NCBI RefSeq assembly: GCF_000143415.4
Contig: NW_003314326.1
Coordinates: 310,001-374,000, forward strand
DNA: 64,000 nucleotides
From: Selaginella moellendorffii
Taxonomy: Eukaryota; Plantae; Lycopodiophyta
Direction of reading: 5' to 3'
Shown in pieces: positions 39,823 to 51,640 of this stretch (position 1 is its first letter; every line of letters begins with the position of its first letter). A program made the translations under genes and the position numbers. The notes beneath the pieces were generated by a model. That model was given only the letters and a program-made list of their open reading frames with translations. It was not told where the DNA came from and made no database searches.

Positions 39823-40348
39823 GGAGAAGCTTGCCTCCAGCGCCCACTGGAGTGCCTCATTTCAAGCCTCACATGGCACCACATGTGGAGAGATAATGGC
39901 ATATTCGCAGGAATCTCTCGGGTGGGAATATCCCTCCGCATCGTGGCCGTTAAACGCTGTTTTGGGCTAAGTGTTTTGCCGCAGTGGACCAATGGCGCGC
40001 CGCCCGAGTGAAGCAAGCCACAGTGTCCATGACACTCTTTCTTTTATAATGTTTCCACGGGGAGAAAGATAAAGTCTCCTTGCATTAACGACTTTGTAAA
40101 GATGACGCTCAATCAAACAAACAAACCACGATGATCGTGATCTTATCTTTCCTCGTCTGGAATATCTCTTGCGCTTTTTCTAAACTTGTTGAAAATCCGG
40201 TCTAAAGTGAGCTTCCACTCCACATCGATCGGCCAAAGAAAGAGCGCCAAAGAGCGCCACCACCACTTCGCTGCAGCTTTCTCGATTCTATTGCTTGACA
40301 CGGCACTAGATCTCAGAGGACCGACACGCAGCCGGGGAATCGTGTCGC

Positions 40349-42563
40349 TTAAGTTGCAAGCACGCTCACGAATGGGGCGTTGAGGTGGAACACGTAACTC
40401 CCTGCCACAGTTCCGCGAATAAACTCGTTAGAAGTGATCGAGGATCGTCACTGTGACTTACCGAGCGTGGGCATCAGCGCGAAGAGCAGCAGTATGCCGA
40501 CTAACTTGAGAAGGAATCCCGTGAGAACCATGTCCGGCATTCGTACGTGCCCGGTCGAGAACGCCACGGCCATCGGCGGCGTGGAGACTGGCAGCATGAA
40601 CGCAAAGGAGGCGGCGATGGTGCCCGTGATCATGAGCAGCAGCGGGTGGATGTTGTTGGAGGTGGCGGCGTTGGCGAGCAGCGGGAGGAAGATGGTGGCG
40701 GTGGCGTTGTTGGACGTAAACTCGGTGGTGGCGCTCACGAACACCGCCACCACTGGAGCGAGTAGCAAGTACGGAGCGTTGTCTAGGAAGTTCAAGTGTT
40801 GTGTCACCCACGCGGACAGTCCGCTAGCTTTGAATCCAGCGGCCAGTGCGAATCCTGGTGGAAAGTTTGTGGTCTTCTCGATCCATTCAAGAACAAGAGA
40901 GTACCTCCACCGAAGAGAAGAACGATGTCCCATGGAAGCTTTTTACAGTGAGACCAATCGAGCAGCCTCTCTCCAGGTACTAGCCTGTTTGGAATGACAA
41001 AGAGGAACACTGCCATCACCACCTGGAAGAAAACGATTGAGAGAAAAGCTATGGCATGTTTGCCACTGAAGAGAAAGATTCTTCCATTTGGAGCCACTTA
41101 CACTGACAGTCCCATCGTCCACATAGCCATGGAAGAATCGCCCCCAGCCAAAGGATGTTCCCAGGGATCGTGTCAACCATAGCACAGCGAGCACCTAGAA
41201 AGAAAAAAATAAAAGAATCAAATCGCTTGGAACAATCCATCCAAAGATCGAGGATTTTCTTTTGGTTTTTTTAAACTTACAACGAAGAGAGTAAGCACAG
41301 TGGTCTCCGCGAAGCTGATTGATCCTGGAGTAAGAACAAATCGATTTAGAAAATCCATTTTTTCTGGATAGAACAGTGAGAAAAAATCGTACCGAGAGAC
41401 TTGAGCTCCTCCTCGATGCTGGAGCGATTGAGCCTGGAAGAGATGGTGGGAGTGGCCGAGCGAGGGCAGTAGCAAACGCACAGCATGATCCAGCAGAACA
41501 AAACCATGGCGACGCCCAGCGGGAACGCGAACATGAACCACTGGAGGTAGCTCACAGCGGCAGCGCTGGGGAAGCAGCTGTTCCAGATCCCCAAGAACAC
41601 CAGATTCGTGCCCGTGCCCGTGAGCGTCGTCAATCCGCCAATGCTCACCGAGAATCCAATCCCCAGCACGATCGCCCGCGCGTACTGCCGCGCGTGGAAT
41701 GCCGTCGCGCCATTGATGCCGCTCCCCTGTTCTAGGGTTCTTCCATCTAGGGTTGTGAGGGCCTTGGAGGAGATGCGTCGCAAAAGCTCCCGGATTTCCT
41801 GCCGGCTCTCCGGATCGTCGCCAGCAGATGCCACGGCCTGCGCCGCCTGTGGATCCACATCGACGACATGGATGGATTCGAGCGAGGGAGTGTCCGGCTC
41901 GAGCAAGCGCTTGATCACTCCCGCGGACATGGGCACCATCATGATCGCGGTGGCGCTGTTGGAGATCCACATGCTGATGAATGCCGGGCCGACGCAGAAC
42001 CCCAGCAGCAGCATTCGCGGCGCCATGGATCGCCCGCCAAAGAGGAGGAGCGTCTTGAGCGCCAAGCGCTTGTGCGCCTGGTAGCGCTCCACGCCCAGCG
42101 CCAGGATGAAGGAGCCGATGAAGAGCGTGATGGTGTCGTTCATGTAGGCTCGCGCGATCTCGTCGGCCTGGATGATCTGGAAGAGCGGCAGGAGGACCAG
42201 CGGGAGCATGGACGTGATCCCGACTGGAATCGCCTCGGTGATCCACCAGATGCACACCCACGCCAGGATCGCCAGCATGGGCGCGATCTTGCTCTCCCCG
42301 GCGCTGACATTGGATGATTCTTCGTGGGCGCCATCGATCCGCACGAATGCCAGGATGAGCAGCGCGCACAGAGGCCCCAGCGCGATCGCGATGTCCTTTC
42401 TGTGCCCGTGGAGAAAGCCCACGATTGATCTGCTCGTCTTGCTCTTCCCAGGATCGAGATCATCGTCCAGCTCTCGCCGTGGAGGATCATGGATGAGGAG
42501 CGCCACTGTAGCAGCAGTACCGTCTAGATTCGTCATGCGCGGCTGGGAGAGCTCGTCCTCCAA
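40349..42563 (-). CDS. TDT: Tonoplast dicarboxylate transporter (SLC13/DASS family)
   Basis: WWITEAIPVGITS, HKRLAL, SMWISNSATA, GGLTTLTGTGTN, TEFTSNNATA, SFAFMLPVSTPP. The likely ATG is at 42536. Confidence 0.92.
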
Positions 42564-42649
42564 TATGAGGCAGTGGTGGAAGCGCGATTATCGGCAATAA
42601 GATCGAGAGATTGGACACGCAAGCTCCAAGACAATCTCTAGCGTCTTGA

Positions 42650-44899
42650 ATGACCCCATGGACGTGGAGCTCCAATCGCGACATATCTCCAGCTCCACGG
42701 CATGGCCCCCCTGCGATTGCGATTGCGATTGTTCATCCTCCCATCGCGCCCATGGACACGGTGCGGGAGTGCGTACGGCACATCGAGGCTTGCAAAACGC
42801 TGGCGCAAGCCAAGGCCGTGCATGGACGAGTTCGCGAGAAGAAGCTGGACATCAATGGCTATGTGGCCAACCATCTGGTCCAGATGTACGGCAGGATTGG
42901 GCGCGTGGAGGAGGCCAGGGGTGTGTTTGATGCCATTTACCCCAAGGGGGCATATTCCTGGAACTTGATGCTCGTGGCATATGCCCAAAACGGGCATCTG
43001 GAGGATGCCAAGGGGTTGTTTAGCGTCATGCCTGATCCGGATCTTCTGTCTTGGAATGTTATGCTCAGTGCGTACTCGAAACGTGGGAGACTTAAGCATT
43101 GCCAAGGTGTGTTCGACGCCATGCCAAGGAAGGATTTGGTTTCCTGGAACACTTTGCTTACTGCATATGCCCAAAATGGGAATCTTGCAGAAGCGAAAGC
43201 CGTGTATGCGAGAATGCCGGAGATGGGTCTCATGTCGTGCAACATTATGCTTGCGGCACATACGCAGAGCAAGTCTTTGGACGAGGCGAAAGATCTTTTC
43301 AACCAGATGCCGGAGAAGAATCTCGTAACGTTGAACTCGATGCTAACTGCATATGCCCAAAATGGGTATCTTGATGAAGCGAGGCAAGTGTTCCTTGACA
43401 TGCCCAGCCGCGATCTCGTGTCCTGGAACGCCATGCTCGCTGCATTTGCCGCAAACGATAAGCTCGAAGAAGCAAAGAGATGTTACGACGTTATGCCGGA
43501 GCGGAATCTTATCTCTGCAAACACAATACTGATTGCGAACTCCAAACAGGGCATTGTCGAAGACGCGCAAGAGGTCTTTGATTCGATGCCCGCCAAAGAT
43601 CTTGCTTCGTGGACTGCACTACTTTGCGTGTTTGCTCACGGAGAGTTTTTCGATGAAGCGAGGAGTGTGTTCGATCGAATGCCCGAGAGGGACTTGGTCG
43701 CATGGACAGTGATGCTCGAGGCCTATGCCCGGAGCGGGCATATCCACGACGCTATCACCGCGTTCGAGCGCTTGCCGGAGCTCGATCTCGTGTCCCTCAC
43801 AACAATGCTGGACGCGTACGGCCAGAGTGGAAACGTGGTGGATGCCGTGCGCCTCTTTCGTACGTCGCCGTACCAAGATCTCGTCTCGTGGAACGCATTG
43901 CTATCAGCCTACGTAAGGAACGGGCATCTCAAAGAATCTAGAGAGCTCTTTGAAAGGATGCCTTTGAGAAACTTGGTGTCCTGGAACGCCTTGTTAGTGG
44001 TTTTTGCCGAGACGGGGCATTTTGAGGATGCTAGGAGAGTGTTTGAGGAGATGCCGGACAAGGACGTGGTATCTTGGAATGCCATGCTCTCTGCGTATTC
44101 TCAAGGTGGCTCCTTCGATCGGGCGAAAGCCACCTTTGAGTTGATGCCGAAGAGAGACCAGATCTCGTGGAATGCCATGCTTTCGATCTATGCTCAAAAC
44201 GGGTACCTCGAAGAGGCCGCGAGCATCTTCACTGGCATGCCCGAGTGGAACTCGGTGTCGTGGAACGCACTTCTTGCCGCTTATGCTCAAAACGGGCATC
44301 TAAAACAAGCAAAGTTCTTGTTCTACGAGATGCCCGTCCAGAACCAAGTCTCATGGAACGCAATGCTCTCCGCGTACTCCCGAAACGGGCACATCAGCGA
44401 CGCAAAGCGCCTGTTCGATGCTACTCCGGAGCTCAACCTCATCTCCTACAACGCAGTACTCACCATGTACGCTCACACCGTAGAGCCTGGAATCGCTCTG
44501 GAGCTGTTTGGGGCGATGATCCTCGATGGCATCAAACCCGACGAGGTCTCCTTCACCTCCGTCCTCTTGGGCTGCAACCACGCTGGAGTTTTCAAGTCTG
44601 GTTGGTCATACTTTTGCTCTCTGGTGGCCGACTACGGCCTGAGGCCAGCAAAACAGCATTTTGGATGCATGATCGATCTGCTGGGCCGCTCCGGTCGCGT
44701 GCACGATGCCGAAGATCTCCTCGCAAACATGCCATTCATCCCGGATGTTATCGAGTGGAGAAGCCTGCTCAGAGGCATGAAAAGCCATAGCGGTCGAGCT
44801 AGAGCAGCGTCGGACTCCGTTTTGGCGCTCAAGCCGCAAACTTCCGGATCTTTCGTTTTGATGGCCAATGTGTATGAAAGCAATGCGATGGCTCCATGA
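42650..44899 (+). CDS. PLS-class PPR protein with tandem about-31-aa repeats and an E-type end, no DYW
   Basis: 749-aa intronless ORF with repeated MPxxDLVSWNAMLxAYAQNG and HFGCMIDLLGRSG. The likely ATG is near 42752. Confidence 0.93.
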   Translation: MTPWTWSSNRDISPAPRHGPPAIAIAIVHPPIAPMDTVRECVRHIEACKTLAQAKAVHGRVREKKLDINGYVANHLVQMYGRIGRVEEARGVFDAIYPKGAYSWNLMLVAYAQNGHLEDAKGLFSVMPDPDLLSWNVMLSAYSKRGRLKHCQGVFDAMPRKDLVSWNTLLTAYAQNGNLAEAKAVYARMPEMGLMSCNIMLAAHTQSKSLDEAKDLFNQMPEKNLVTLNSMLTAYAQNGYLDEARQVFLDMPSRDLVSWNAMLAAFAANDKLEEAKRCYDVMPERNLISANTILIANSKQGIVEDAQEVFDSMPAKDLASWTALLCVFAHGEFFDEARSVFDRMPERDLVAWTVMLEAYARSGHIHDAITAFERLPELDLVSLTTMLDAYGQSGNVVDAVRLFRTSPYQDLVSWNALLSAYVRNGHLKESRELFERMPLRNLVSWNALLVVFAETGHFEDARRVFEEMPDKDVVSWNAMLSAYSQGGSFDRAKATFELMPKRDQISWNAMLSIYAQNGYLEEAASIFTGMPEWNSVSWNALLAAYAQNGHLKQAKFLFYEMPVQNQVSWNAMLSAYSRNGHISDAKRLFDATPELNLISYNAVLTMYAHTVEPGIALELFGAMILDGIKPDEVSFTSVLLGCNHAGVFKSGWSYFCSLVADYGLRPAKQHFGCMIDLLGRSGRVHDAEDLLANMPFIPDVIEWRSLLRGMKSHSGRARAASDSVLALKPQTSGSFVLMANVYESNAMAP

Positions 44900-44954
44900 T
44901 GTGTATATATATAGACGAGCTTGAATTGGTTGCCTAGGCCAAAAAGCTGCGAGC

Positions 44955-46271
44955 ATGGCGTTGGCGCATCGTTCCTGGTCGAAGGTGGCGGCGGGAAAGC
45001 TCAAGCGTCCGCCACTGGAGCTGTACCATCGCAAGGAGGAGCTCAAGAGGCTGGACTCCGCGCTACGTCCTTGCCGCGATGGCGAGCCGGCTGCGCTGCT
45101 CCTCCTCTTGGGTCCCAAGGAGTCGGGTAAGACGACGCTGGTTCAAGAGTATCGCAAGCGCCAGGAGCTGGGGGAGTTCGAGGGCATGTCACTCTACGTG
45201 GACATGCATCGCAAGGTCAACTCGGGGGAGCGCTTCGCCAGGACGATGTGGGAGAGCTTGGGATCTTCTCTCAAGCTCACCTCTTGGGGGGCGACGGTGG
45301 AACAGCGTGAGTTTTCGTGGCACCCCGTCCTCGAGATCCCCAGCTTGGAACGCTGGAAAGCCAAAGGTGACGAGTGCTCCCTGGGCCAGGTGATGCAGGG
45401 ACTGGAGGTGTTTTGCGAGAAGTGGAAGAACTTGAAAGGTGGCGGACGCCCGACCATCTTCGTGGACGAGGCCAACTCGCTCGCGCAGTGGAACGAGTGC
45501 CACTATACGCGCGGCGATAACGATGTGGTTGAAGTGCTGCGGGGTTTCGTGAGGATGAGCTTGGAGGGGTGGGCGAATGTGGTGCTCGTCTCCTCGGACG
45601 ATCTCTTCAAGCGCTGGCTCGCCAGGCAGGAGCCCATGTCTGGGAGGCATCTCGAGGTGGCCAACCTCACCCCTCTCTCGGCGAAGGACGCCAGGGAGTT
45701 CCTGTTTGGGATGCTGGACGAGAAGATCAAGGGAGAGACGAAGAGGATGTGGAGCGACATCTATGCTCACTATGGCGGCGAGACGCTCAAGCTTCTCAAG
45801 CTCCAGCGCGCGCTCAACTCGGCAGGACCCAAGGGGATCCGTGAGACGTGGAACCGATTGAAGGAGAGCGAACTGGCGGATGCGAGGGAGGCCATCGCGA
45901 ATCCCCCGACGAACTGGGTTGCGGCGTGGAAGACCGTTGTCAAGGAGCTCGGGAAAGCTAGAGATGGCATCGTCTCGTACAGTGACTTGGTGGGCAAGGT
46001 TGGCGTGACTTCCTTGGATGCGATCATATCCAGTGGCCTCGTCCACTATAGATCTTGCGGGCAGTGGGGGCACGCTGATCTTGGCTCCAGTGACCGCGAG
46101 TGGCCCATCGTTATGCCGAAGAACAAGGCAATGCATCTGGTAATGAAAGAAATGGACGCCAACGAGGAGGAGGAAGAAGCGAGTGACGATTCTAGCATTG
46201 ATGGGTCTTCTTCTTCTTCGAGCGATTCTTTTAGTTGCTCGAGTGATGCTAGCGATTGCGATTCCTCTTAA
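44955..46271 (+). CDS. Intronless P-loop NTPase (archaeal-ATPase/STAND-like) with an acidic/Ser tail
   Basis: LYHRKEELKRL, Walker A GPKESGKT, Walker B IFVDEAN, VVLVSSD, YGG motif. Confidence 0.8.
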   Translation: MALAHRSWSKVAAGKLKRPPLELYHRKEELKRLDSALRPCRDGEPAALLLLLGPKESGKTTLVQEYRKRQELGEFEGMSLYVDMHRKVNSGERFARTMWESLGSSLKLTSWGATVEQREFSWHPVLEIPSLERWKAKGDECSLGQVMQGLEVFCEKWKNLKGGGRPTIFVDEANSLAQWNECHYTRGDNDVVEVLRGFVRMSLEGWANVVLVSSDDLFKRWLARQEPMSGRHLEVANLTPLSAKDAREFLFGMLDEKIKGETKRMWSDIYAHYGGETLKLLKLQRALNSAGPKGIRETWNRLKESELADAREAIANPPTNWVAAWKTVVKELGKARDGIVSYSDLVGKVGVTSLDAIISSGLVHYRSCGQWGHADLGSSDREWPIVMPKNKAMHLVMKEMDANEEEEEASDDSSIDGSSSSSSDSFSCSSDASDCDSS

Positions 46272-46372
46272 TTGTTGTTAATTCTTGTTAGTTCTTCTTT
46301 TCCTTGAGGAAAAAAAAAAGAAAAGTTTTTAGTGTAGGAAAAAGATGGATCCTCTTTTTTCTTTCTAGGGCA

Positions 46373-46909
46373 ATGGCTAGCATCTACAATCTCTTCATCA
46401 TCAACAAGTCTGGAGGACTCATCTACTACAAGGTGGGAAGAACAAGTGGTATGAGGAGTAATTCTCTCCTCCTTGCGTGTGATCTAGGACTATGGATCCA
46501 CATCCAAGCTCGACACCAACGACAGCTTGAGGCTAGCGAGTCTCTGGCATTCGATGCACGCCATCTCCAAGCAGCTCTCCCCAACTCCTGGATGCACGGG
46601 AATCGAGCTCCTCCAAGCCACCGCCTTCGACTTACATTGCTTCCAATCTCTCACAGGTACTTTTCTGCGATGGAAAAACTCTTTTTTTATTTATTGTCGA
46701 GATGGATTTCTTGGCCAGAGACCAAGTTCTTCGTTGTAGCGGAATCAGGAGCCATCGGGATCGAGGCTCTCTTGAAAACCATCTACGAGCTCTACACCGA
46801 CTACGTCCTCAAGAATCCCTTCTACGAGGTGGAGATGCCGATCAGGTGTGAGCTCTTCGATCTTCATCTCGCGCGGCTCATCTTGCGAGACAAGTCTGTG
46901 CTCGTCTGA
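46373..46909 (+). CDS. TRAPPC4: TRAPP complex subunit 4 (synbindin/TRS23)
   Basis: [12 protein letters not shown]|[47 protein letters not shown]. Two short introns. Confidence 0.94.
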   Translation: MASIYNLFIINKSGGLIYYKVGRTSGMRSNSLLLACDLGLWIHIQARHQRQLEASESLAFDARHLQAALPNSWMHGNRAPPSHRLRLTLLPISHRYFSAMEKLFFYLLSRWISWPETKFFVVAESGAIGIEALLKTIYELYTDYVLKNPFYEVEMPIRCELFDLHLARLILRDKSVLV

Positions 46910-46964
46910 CTCTTAGCTTAGGCTGTCACCTCGTTCTACCAAAACCATCTGTTAGGAGAGAGAT

Positions 46965-49082
46965 CTAATCTTGTTCTTGTACCTTTTCTGTCAATGACGA
47001 TACAAGCGAATTCAAGGTGCGAATTTCCTCGTTCATCTTGTAGATGATTCGCTTCCTGGGATCGTTCCCGACGGTGAGGACGCTCTGTATCCTGTTTGCT
47101 TTTGAGGCATAGCGAAGCGTGCTCACACTCTCTTGAAAGTCCTGGAACAAAGAAAGAATGAATGAAAAAAGAGTGATTTTCATTCATCCAATCCAGATAA
47201 TTTTACCTGCTCGGCTGGGGAGATGTTTGCGACCAGGAAGGTCTTGCTGTTTCCACCCAGAGAGTCTCTTAGCAACCAAGTGAGTGCCGAGTTTCTATAC
47301 GATACGAAACTCCTCCTCGACAGGTTGAGGATGACCTGCTTGAAAAAGCAAGCTCGTGAGAGATACAAGCATTCCTCTTTCTTACTTCGTTGAGCAGCGA
47401 GAGAGAACGATTGATGTGCCTTGACTCCTCCCGTCTCTCAATTGGTATGCATTGCAATTTCTCGCTGCCTGAATGGAACAAGGATCAGACAGAGTTATAG
47501 CTGCTAACTCAGTGGACAAACCTGCTAGATCGACGAGGTTGATGTAGCACACAGAATGACCGGGCATTCCCTCCACGCTCTCGGGGTTTCTCTGCACGTA
47601 AGAAACTCATTAGACACAAGGGAGCAACAGCCAGGAGATGAACTTCTCACCCTGATGATCTTGATTGTAAAGAGCGTGTGACTGCGGCTAGAGTTTTTGT
47701 AGAGCTGCGTATCACCTGTGATGCGGTTCAAGGAGCCAATCCTGAGACACTTCTCCATGTCTGACCACGTTGTAACTTCTTTCCACAGGAGCCCCTCTAC
47801 ATACGGTCCCGTGACGGGGTGCTCCCTCACTCGAAGAAACTCCGTCCTTGCTGCACACGGGGAGGGAGCATTGAAAGAGAAGGACGAGAACTGATACGGT
47901 GCTCCCGGCGGCCTTTGCATAGCCATCCTTCTGTATGTTTCCATCCCTCCACCACCACAGCCCCCGCTCTCTCTTGTGTCCGTCTCTGATATCTCAGAGT
48001 CACTCGTGGACAAGTCATCGGCTCTTTCATAGTACCTCAGAGGAGCCGCACGAAGGCACATAGAGTCCACCAAGGTCGGTGGCTTAACTGTCGAGGCTAG
48101 AAGGTCCCGGACTTTTTCTTGATAAATCTCGAGATAGCTCACCTGTAAAACGTGTTCTATGTGATTGTCTGCCTTCGAAAATCATGGAAAGTGAAGAGTA
48201 CCTCGATCGAACAAAAGCCATTCTTCAATTCCCAGCTTAGTTTGCTCATCAGAGCGCTGGCAAGTCTCGGGACCTGGCAGACGAAAAGTGAGCTTGTTCA
48301 TCCTTGATGAAAACTAAAACAATCTGGAAAGCAGACTTACAAGTCCTCTACCTTCAGGAGTCCCGTCGCCAGTCATGCTGTACGTTTTCCCGGATCCCAT
48401 TTGTCCGTAGGCCAGAATCTGCATCAACGCAGAACCAGGGGTTAGTCGCCACCATTCCGCAGCAGCACAGCAGCCAGCTAAAGCAGAAGAATTCCTTTCC
48501 ATTAGACTTGAAGAGGTCTCGGCAATACAGTTGAGTTGAAGCCTTCAAGCGCGTTGTCGATGGTTGGAACCCCGCAAACTTCAAACATCTTCTTCTGCGA
48601 CTCATCTTTCTTGTCCTTTACATGCGCTTGGAGGAAACTATCGTCCTGCACGTAGTCCACCTTAAACTGGAGATGTCCATTCTCTTGGCATTTCGGCCAC
48701 TGAGGATGGACGTGTTCTTTCACAATCACCCTGTTCCCCAGAACGCACAGCACCTGTCAAGTGCCTATACCTCATCAGCTTCCGGAAAACTAAGAAGGAA
48801 AGCTACAAACTCTTACTTGTTTCAGCGGGCAAATCTTCTCGTGTTCGTGGAATGGTCGCATTCTCACGCAAACTTTCACCTGGATGGACACACAAAGCTT
48901 GAGAAACAAATGCAAGCAGAGAAAGAAAAAATGACAAAGATCATACATACTTTCTCTTTGAGGCTGCCATCGCCGGAGCTGTTACTACTTCTAGCTGCTT
49001 GCGAGCCGCCAGAGGAGCCAGGAGTAGTACTCCCCGAATTCGAAGAGTTTGGAGTGCCTGTTCTAGGTGGCGGCGACGCCAT
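46965..49082 (-). CDS. Kinesin motor protein with kinesin-3-like signatures (multi-exon)
   Basis: [53 protein letters not shown]|[23 protein letters not shown]. Confidence 0.88.
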
Positions 49083-49419
49083 TGAGCTCCAAACCCCAGC
49101 GGCGCCTTCGGTTGCCGCCGCCGGATGATCCGTCTCAAATCTCACAGTCCCAGGCACATTCTTCTTAAACTCGAAGATCTGAGGCGCCGAGAGCAGTGAA
49201 TCCAGCTGGGTGATCGCAAGATTACCGTCATCCAGCGGCGCAGCCTCCACTTCCAGCTCCAGCGCCGCGCTCCTCCAAGAAACGGTTAAACGGCCCCCGA
49301 ATAACCACCAACCCTAAACCTACGCGCCCTGGTTTCTAGGGTTAGGGCTCCTTTAAAATTTAAATTTGAATGTGATGTGAGTTTCTTCTTCTTCCAGCGA
49401 ACGAATGAACGAAAGAATG

Positions 49420-51489
49420 CTAGCATTGCATGGAATCGAACAATCGAGTCAGTGTTTGCTCCACCTCGGCGGCGCTAAATCTCACACTGGAGGCCTCAAT
49501 GAGAGCGCCATAGCTCTGGAGATAGCTCCGATAGGCCGGGACGATGTTGTGGACGACGGCGGCCTTGGTCGCGTCTCGCAGCTCCTGGTCGGGGATCCCC
49601 ACGCCCCGGTGCTTGACGCATGTCTCCTCCAGCGCGGCAGTGAAGCCATCCAGTCGCTGCTTCACCAGCTGCCGTGCCGCCTCCGCCCCCGACACGAGGA
49701 ACAATCCCTGTCGGGAGAGCTGGCCCAGAACTTTGCCCCATCCTTCCTTCTGGTAGGCCAACGCGTGCTCCTGGACCTTGGATCGCCGGTCCTTGAGCCA
49801 CGAATCCGTGAGCGCTAGCTGCCGGATCGTGTCGCCGCCACCGCCGCCACTCTTTGGCGGCTGGATCTTGAGCTTCTTGACGCGAGTGAAGACGTAGTAG
49901 GCGTTGTTCATGAGGAAGATGCGCTGGTGGACGAGATCCTTGTACCACTTCCGGCTCTTGGCCGCCAGCGCGTCCTCCAAGCTTGCGATCATCTCCACGA
50001 TTGCCTGCTCCAGGATGAGCCGCCGCTGCTGCTGGAATTCCCTGGGCTTGGCCGAGTTGATCAGCGGATTCGAGTCTTTCCAGCTCTGCTCGATCTGGAG
50101 GACCTGCTCCATGGTCTGGACGTAGCAGTCGGAGGTGACGGCCTTGACGTAGTTGACGACGTAGCTGCTAAGCTTGTCTACGCCCGCGTCTTGGGGAGCG
50201 CGGAGATCCACCATGTAGTGCTGAGTTTGGTGTGATCGGATTAGCTGGTTCTTGAATCCCCAGAAGAGCTTGGACGCCGAATCCACCGCCAACTTGTGGA
50301 GCTCCCTCGCCCGGATCCTCACCTGGGTGGAGCACTCCCCTTTGCCGGCGAAGAGCTGCTGCGAGATTGTCACTCCAAGTTGCTGTAGCGTCGAGTACAT
50401 GTCAAGCAGCTGGAAGATCTTGTCCGGCCTCTGGAAAGTTTGGTGTTGCTGCTGCCGGTCCCATCGCACGAAACTCTCGCCAAACTCGAGCAGCGTGTGC
50501 ATTCCGGATGGTCCTGCGATCCTTGCGAAGCACTCGTTCACCTCCCACGGCTCTAGCACGTCTCCGAAAACCTTGGAGCACAAGTCAATCTCGGCAGTGT
50601 AGACGATGGTGATGGCGGTCTCCAGGTGACCGTTCCACTCGAGGATCAAATCCTCCGACTGTAGCTGTTGCTCGTTGTCATGTTGTGGAGATTTCTTCCC
50701 GTAGCTGCGGGTGATCCAGTCCACCAGTGACGAGCTCTGCCGAAGTTTCTTCACACGTTCTTGCTGGTAGACCCTTACACACCTCTCCAAGCCTCCCGCT
50801 ACCAACACCACCATCTTCTTCAAGATCATCTGGAGCTTGTCCAGCGTTTGATGATCGCCCTCCAATGCCACCACCGCCAATGCCTGCTCGCCCTTCCTCC
50901 TCCTCCTGGACGAATTCCTCCCCATCCTAGGACTCTTGCCCCCCTCGCTAGCGGAGCTGCAAGGATTGTAGTCGCAAACGCTAGAGCTTTCCCTTACCAG
51001 CCTTTGAAACTCCCCTTCCAGCTTGTCCGCCGCGATCTCCACCAGCCGCTGCTCGTCCTCGCCGCGGCAACCAGCAGCATTGCCCTGCAATTCCTCCAGC
51101 GCCGCCACCGCCGAGAGGTAGCCGGCAATGTCGAGCTGGGGATCCCCGCCCTCGATAGCCCTCTCCAGCCAGCGCAATCGCTCCAATCTCTCGAGCGCCA
51201 GCCGCGCGGCCGCTACCGCGGCATCGATGTGGCGATCTGCCCTGCTAGCCTGCTCTGACCTCTCTTGCAGCGGCGCGATCCTGGCGCGCAATGCGGGCAG
51301 CTTGCTCTCCATCCGCCCCAGCTGCGATTGGAGCGCCTCGAGGCCCGAGGCGAGATCTACAGCCTCGGCCATGGAGCGCGACAGCAGCTGGCTCCAAGAG
51401 ATCAGCTGCTCCCGGTGACGATCTACATTCCTCCCCAACCAATCATCCATTCCGCGAGTGCTAGAACAAGAACACGCATACCACGCCAC
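49420..51489 (-). CDS. EXO70: Exocyst subunit EXO70 family protein (intronless)
   Basis: PDKIFQLLDMY, PQDAGVDKLSSYVVNYVK, IFLMNNAYYV, IPDQELR...IVPAYRSYL. Confidence 0.9.
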   Translation of the reverse strand: MAWYACSCSSTRGMDDWLGRNVDRHREQLISWSQLLSRSMAEAVDLASGLEALQSQLGRMESKLPALRARIAPLQERSEQASRADRHIDAAVAAARLALERLERLRWLERAIEGGDPQLDIAGYLSAVAALEELQGNAAGCRGEDEQRLVEIAADKLEGEFQRLVRESSSVCDYNPCSSASEGGKSPRMGRNSSRRRRKGEQALAVVALEGDHQTLDKLQMILKKMVVLVAGGLERCVRVYQQERVKKLRQSSSLVDWITRSYGKKSPQHDNEQQLQSEDLILEWNGHLETAITIVYTAEIDLCSKVFGDVLEPWEVNECFARIAGPSGMHTLLEFGESFVRWDRQQQHQTFQRPDKIFQLLDMYSTLQQLGVTISQQLFAGKGECSTQVRIRARELHKLAVDSASKLFWGFKNQLIRSHQTQHYMVDLRAPQDAGVDKLSSYVVNYVKAVTSDCYVQTMEQVLQIEQSWKDSNPLINSAKPREFQQQRRLILEQAIVEMIASLEDALAAKSRKWYKDLVHQRIFLMNNAYYVFTRVKKLKIQPPKSGGGGGDTIRQLALTDSWLKDRRSKVQEHALAYQKEGWGKVLGQLSRQGLFLVSGAEAARQLVKQRLDGFTAALEETCVKHRGVGIPDQELRDATKAAVVHNIVPAYRSYLQSYGALIEASSVRFSAAEVEQTLTRLFDSMQC

Positions 51490-51640
51490 GCTCGCTTAGT
51501 CCTCGACCTAAATTCAACAACCACCTCTCGTCTAGTCGCGCAGTCAACTCTCCCCAGTAAAGGCGTAGTAGATAATGCAATTTACCATTTTAGTAAAACT
51601 TGCTAAAGGAATTTTGTAAAATCAGATAGCGAATATGCTA

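Noticed and set aside
49300-49350. Telomere-like AACCCTAAACCCTA / TAGGGTTAGGG (similar motif at about 6227)
   Set aside because: Only one or two units near gene starts, consistent with ordinary promoter telo-boxes and not interstitial telomeres.
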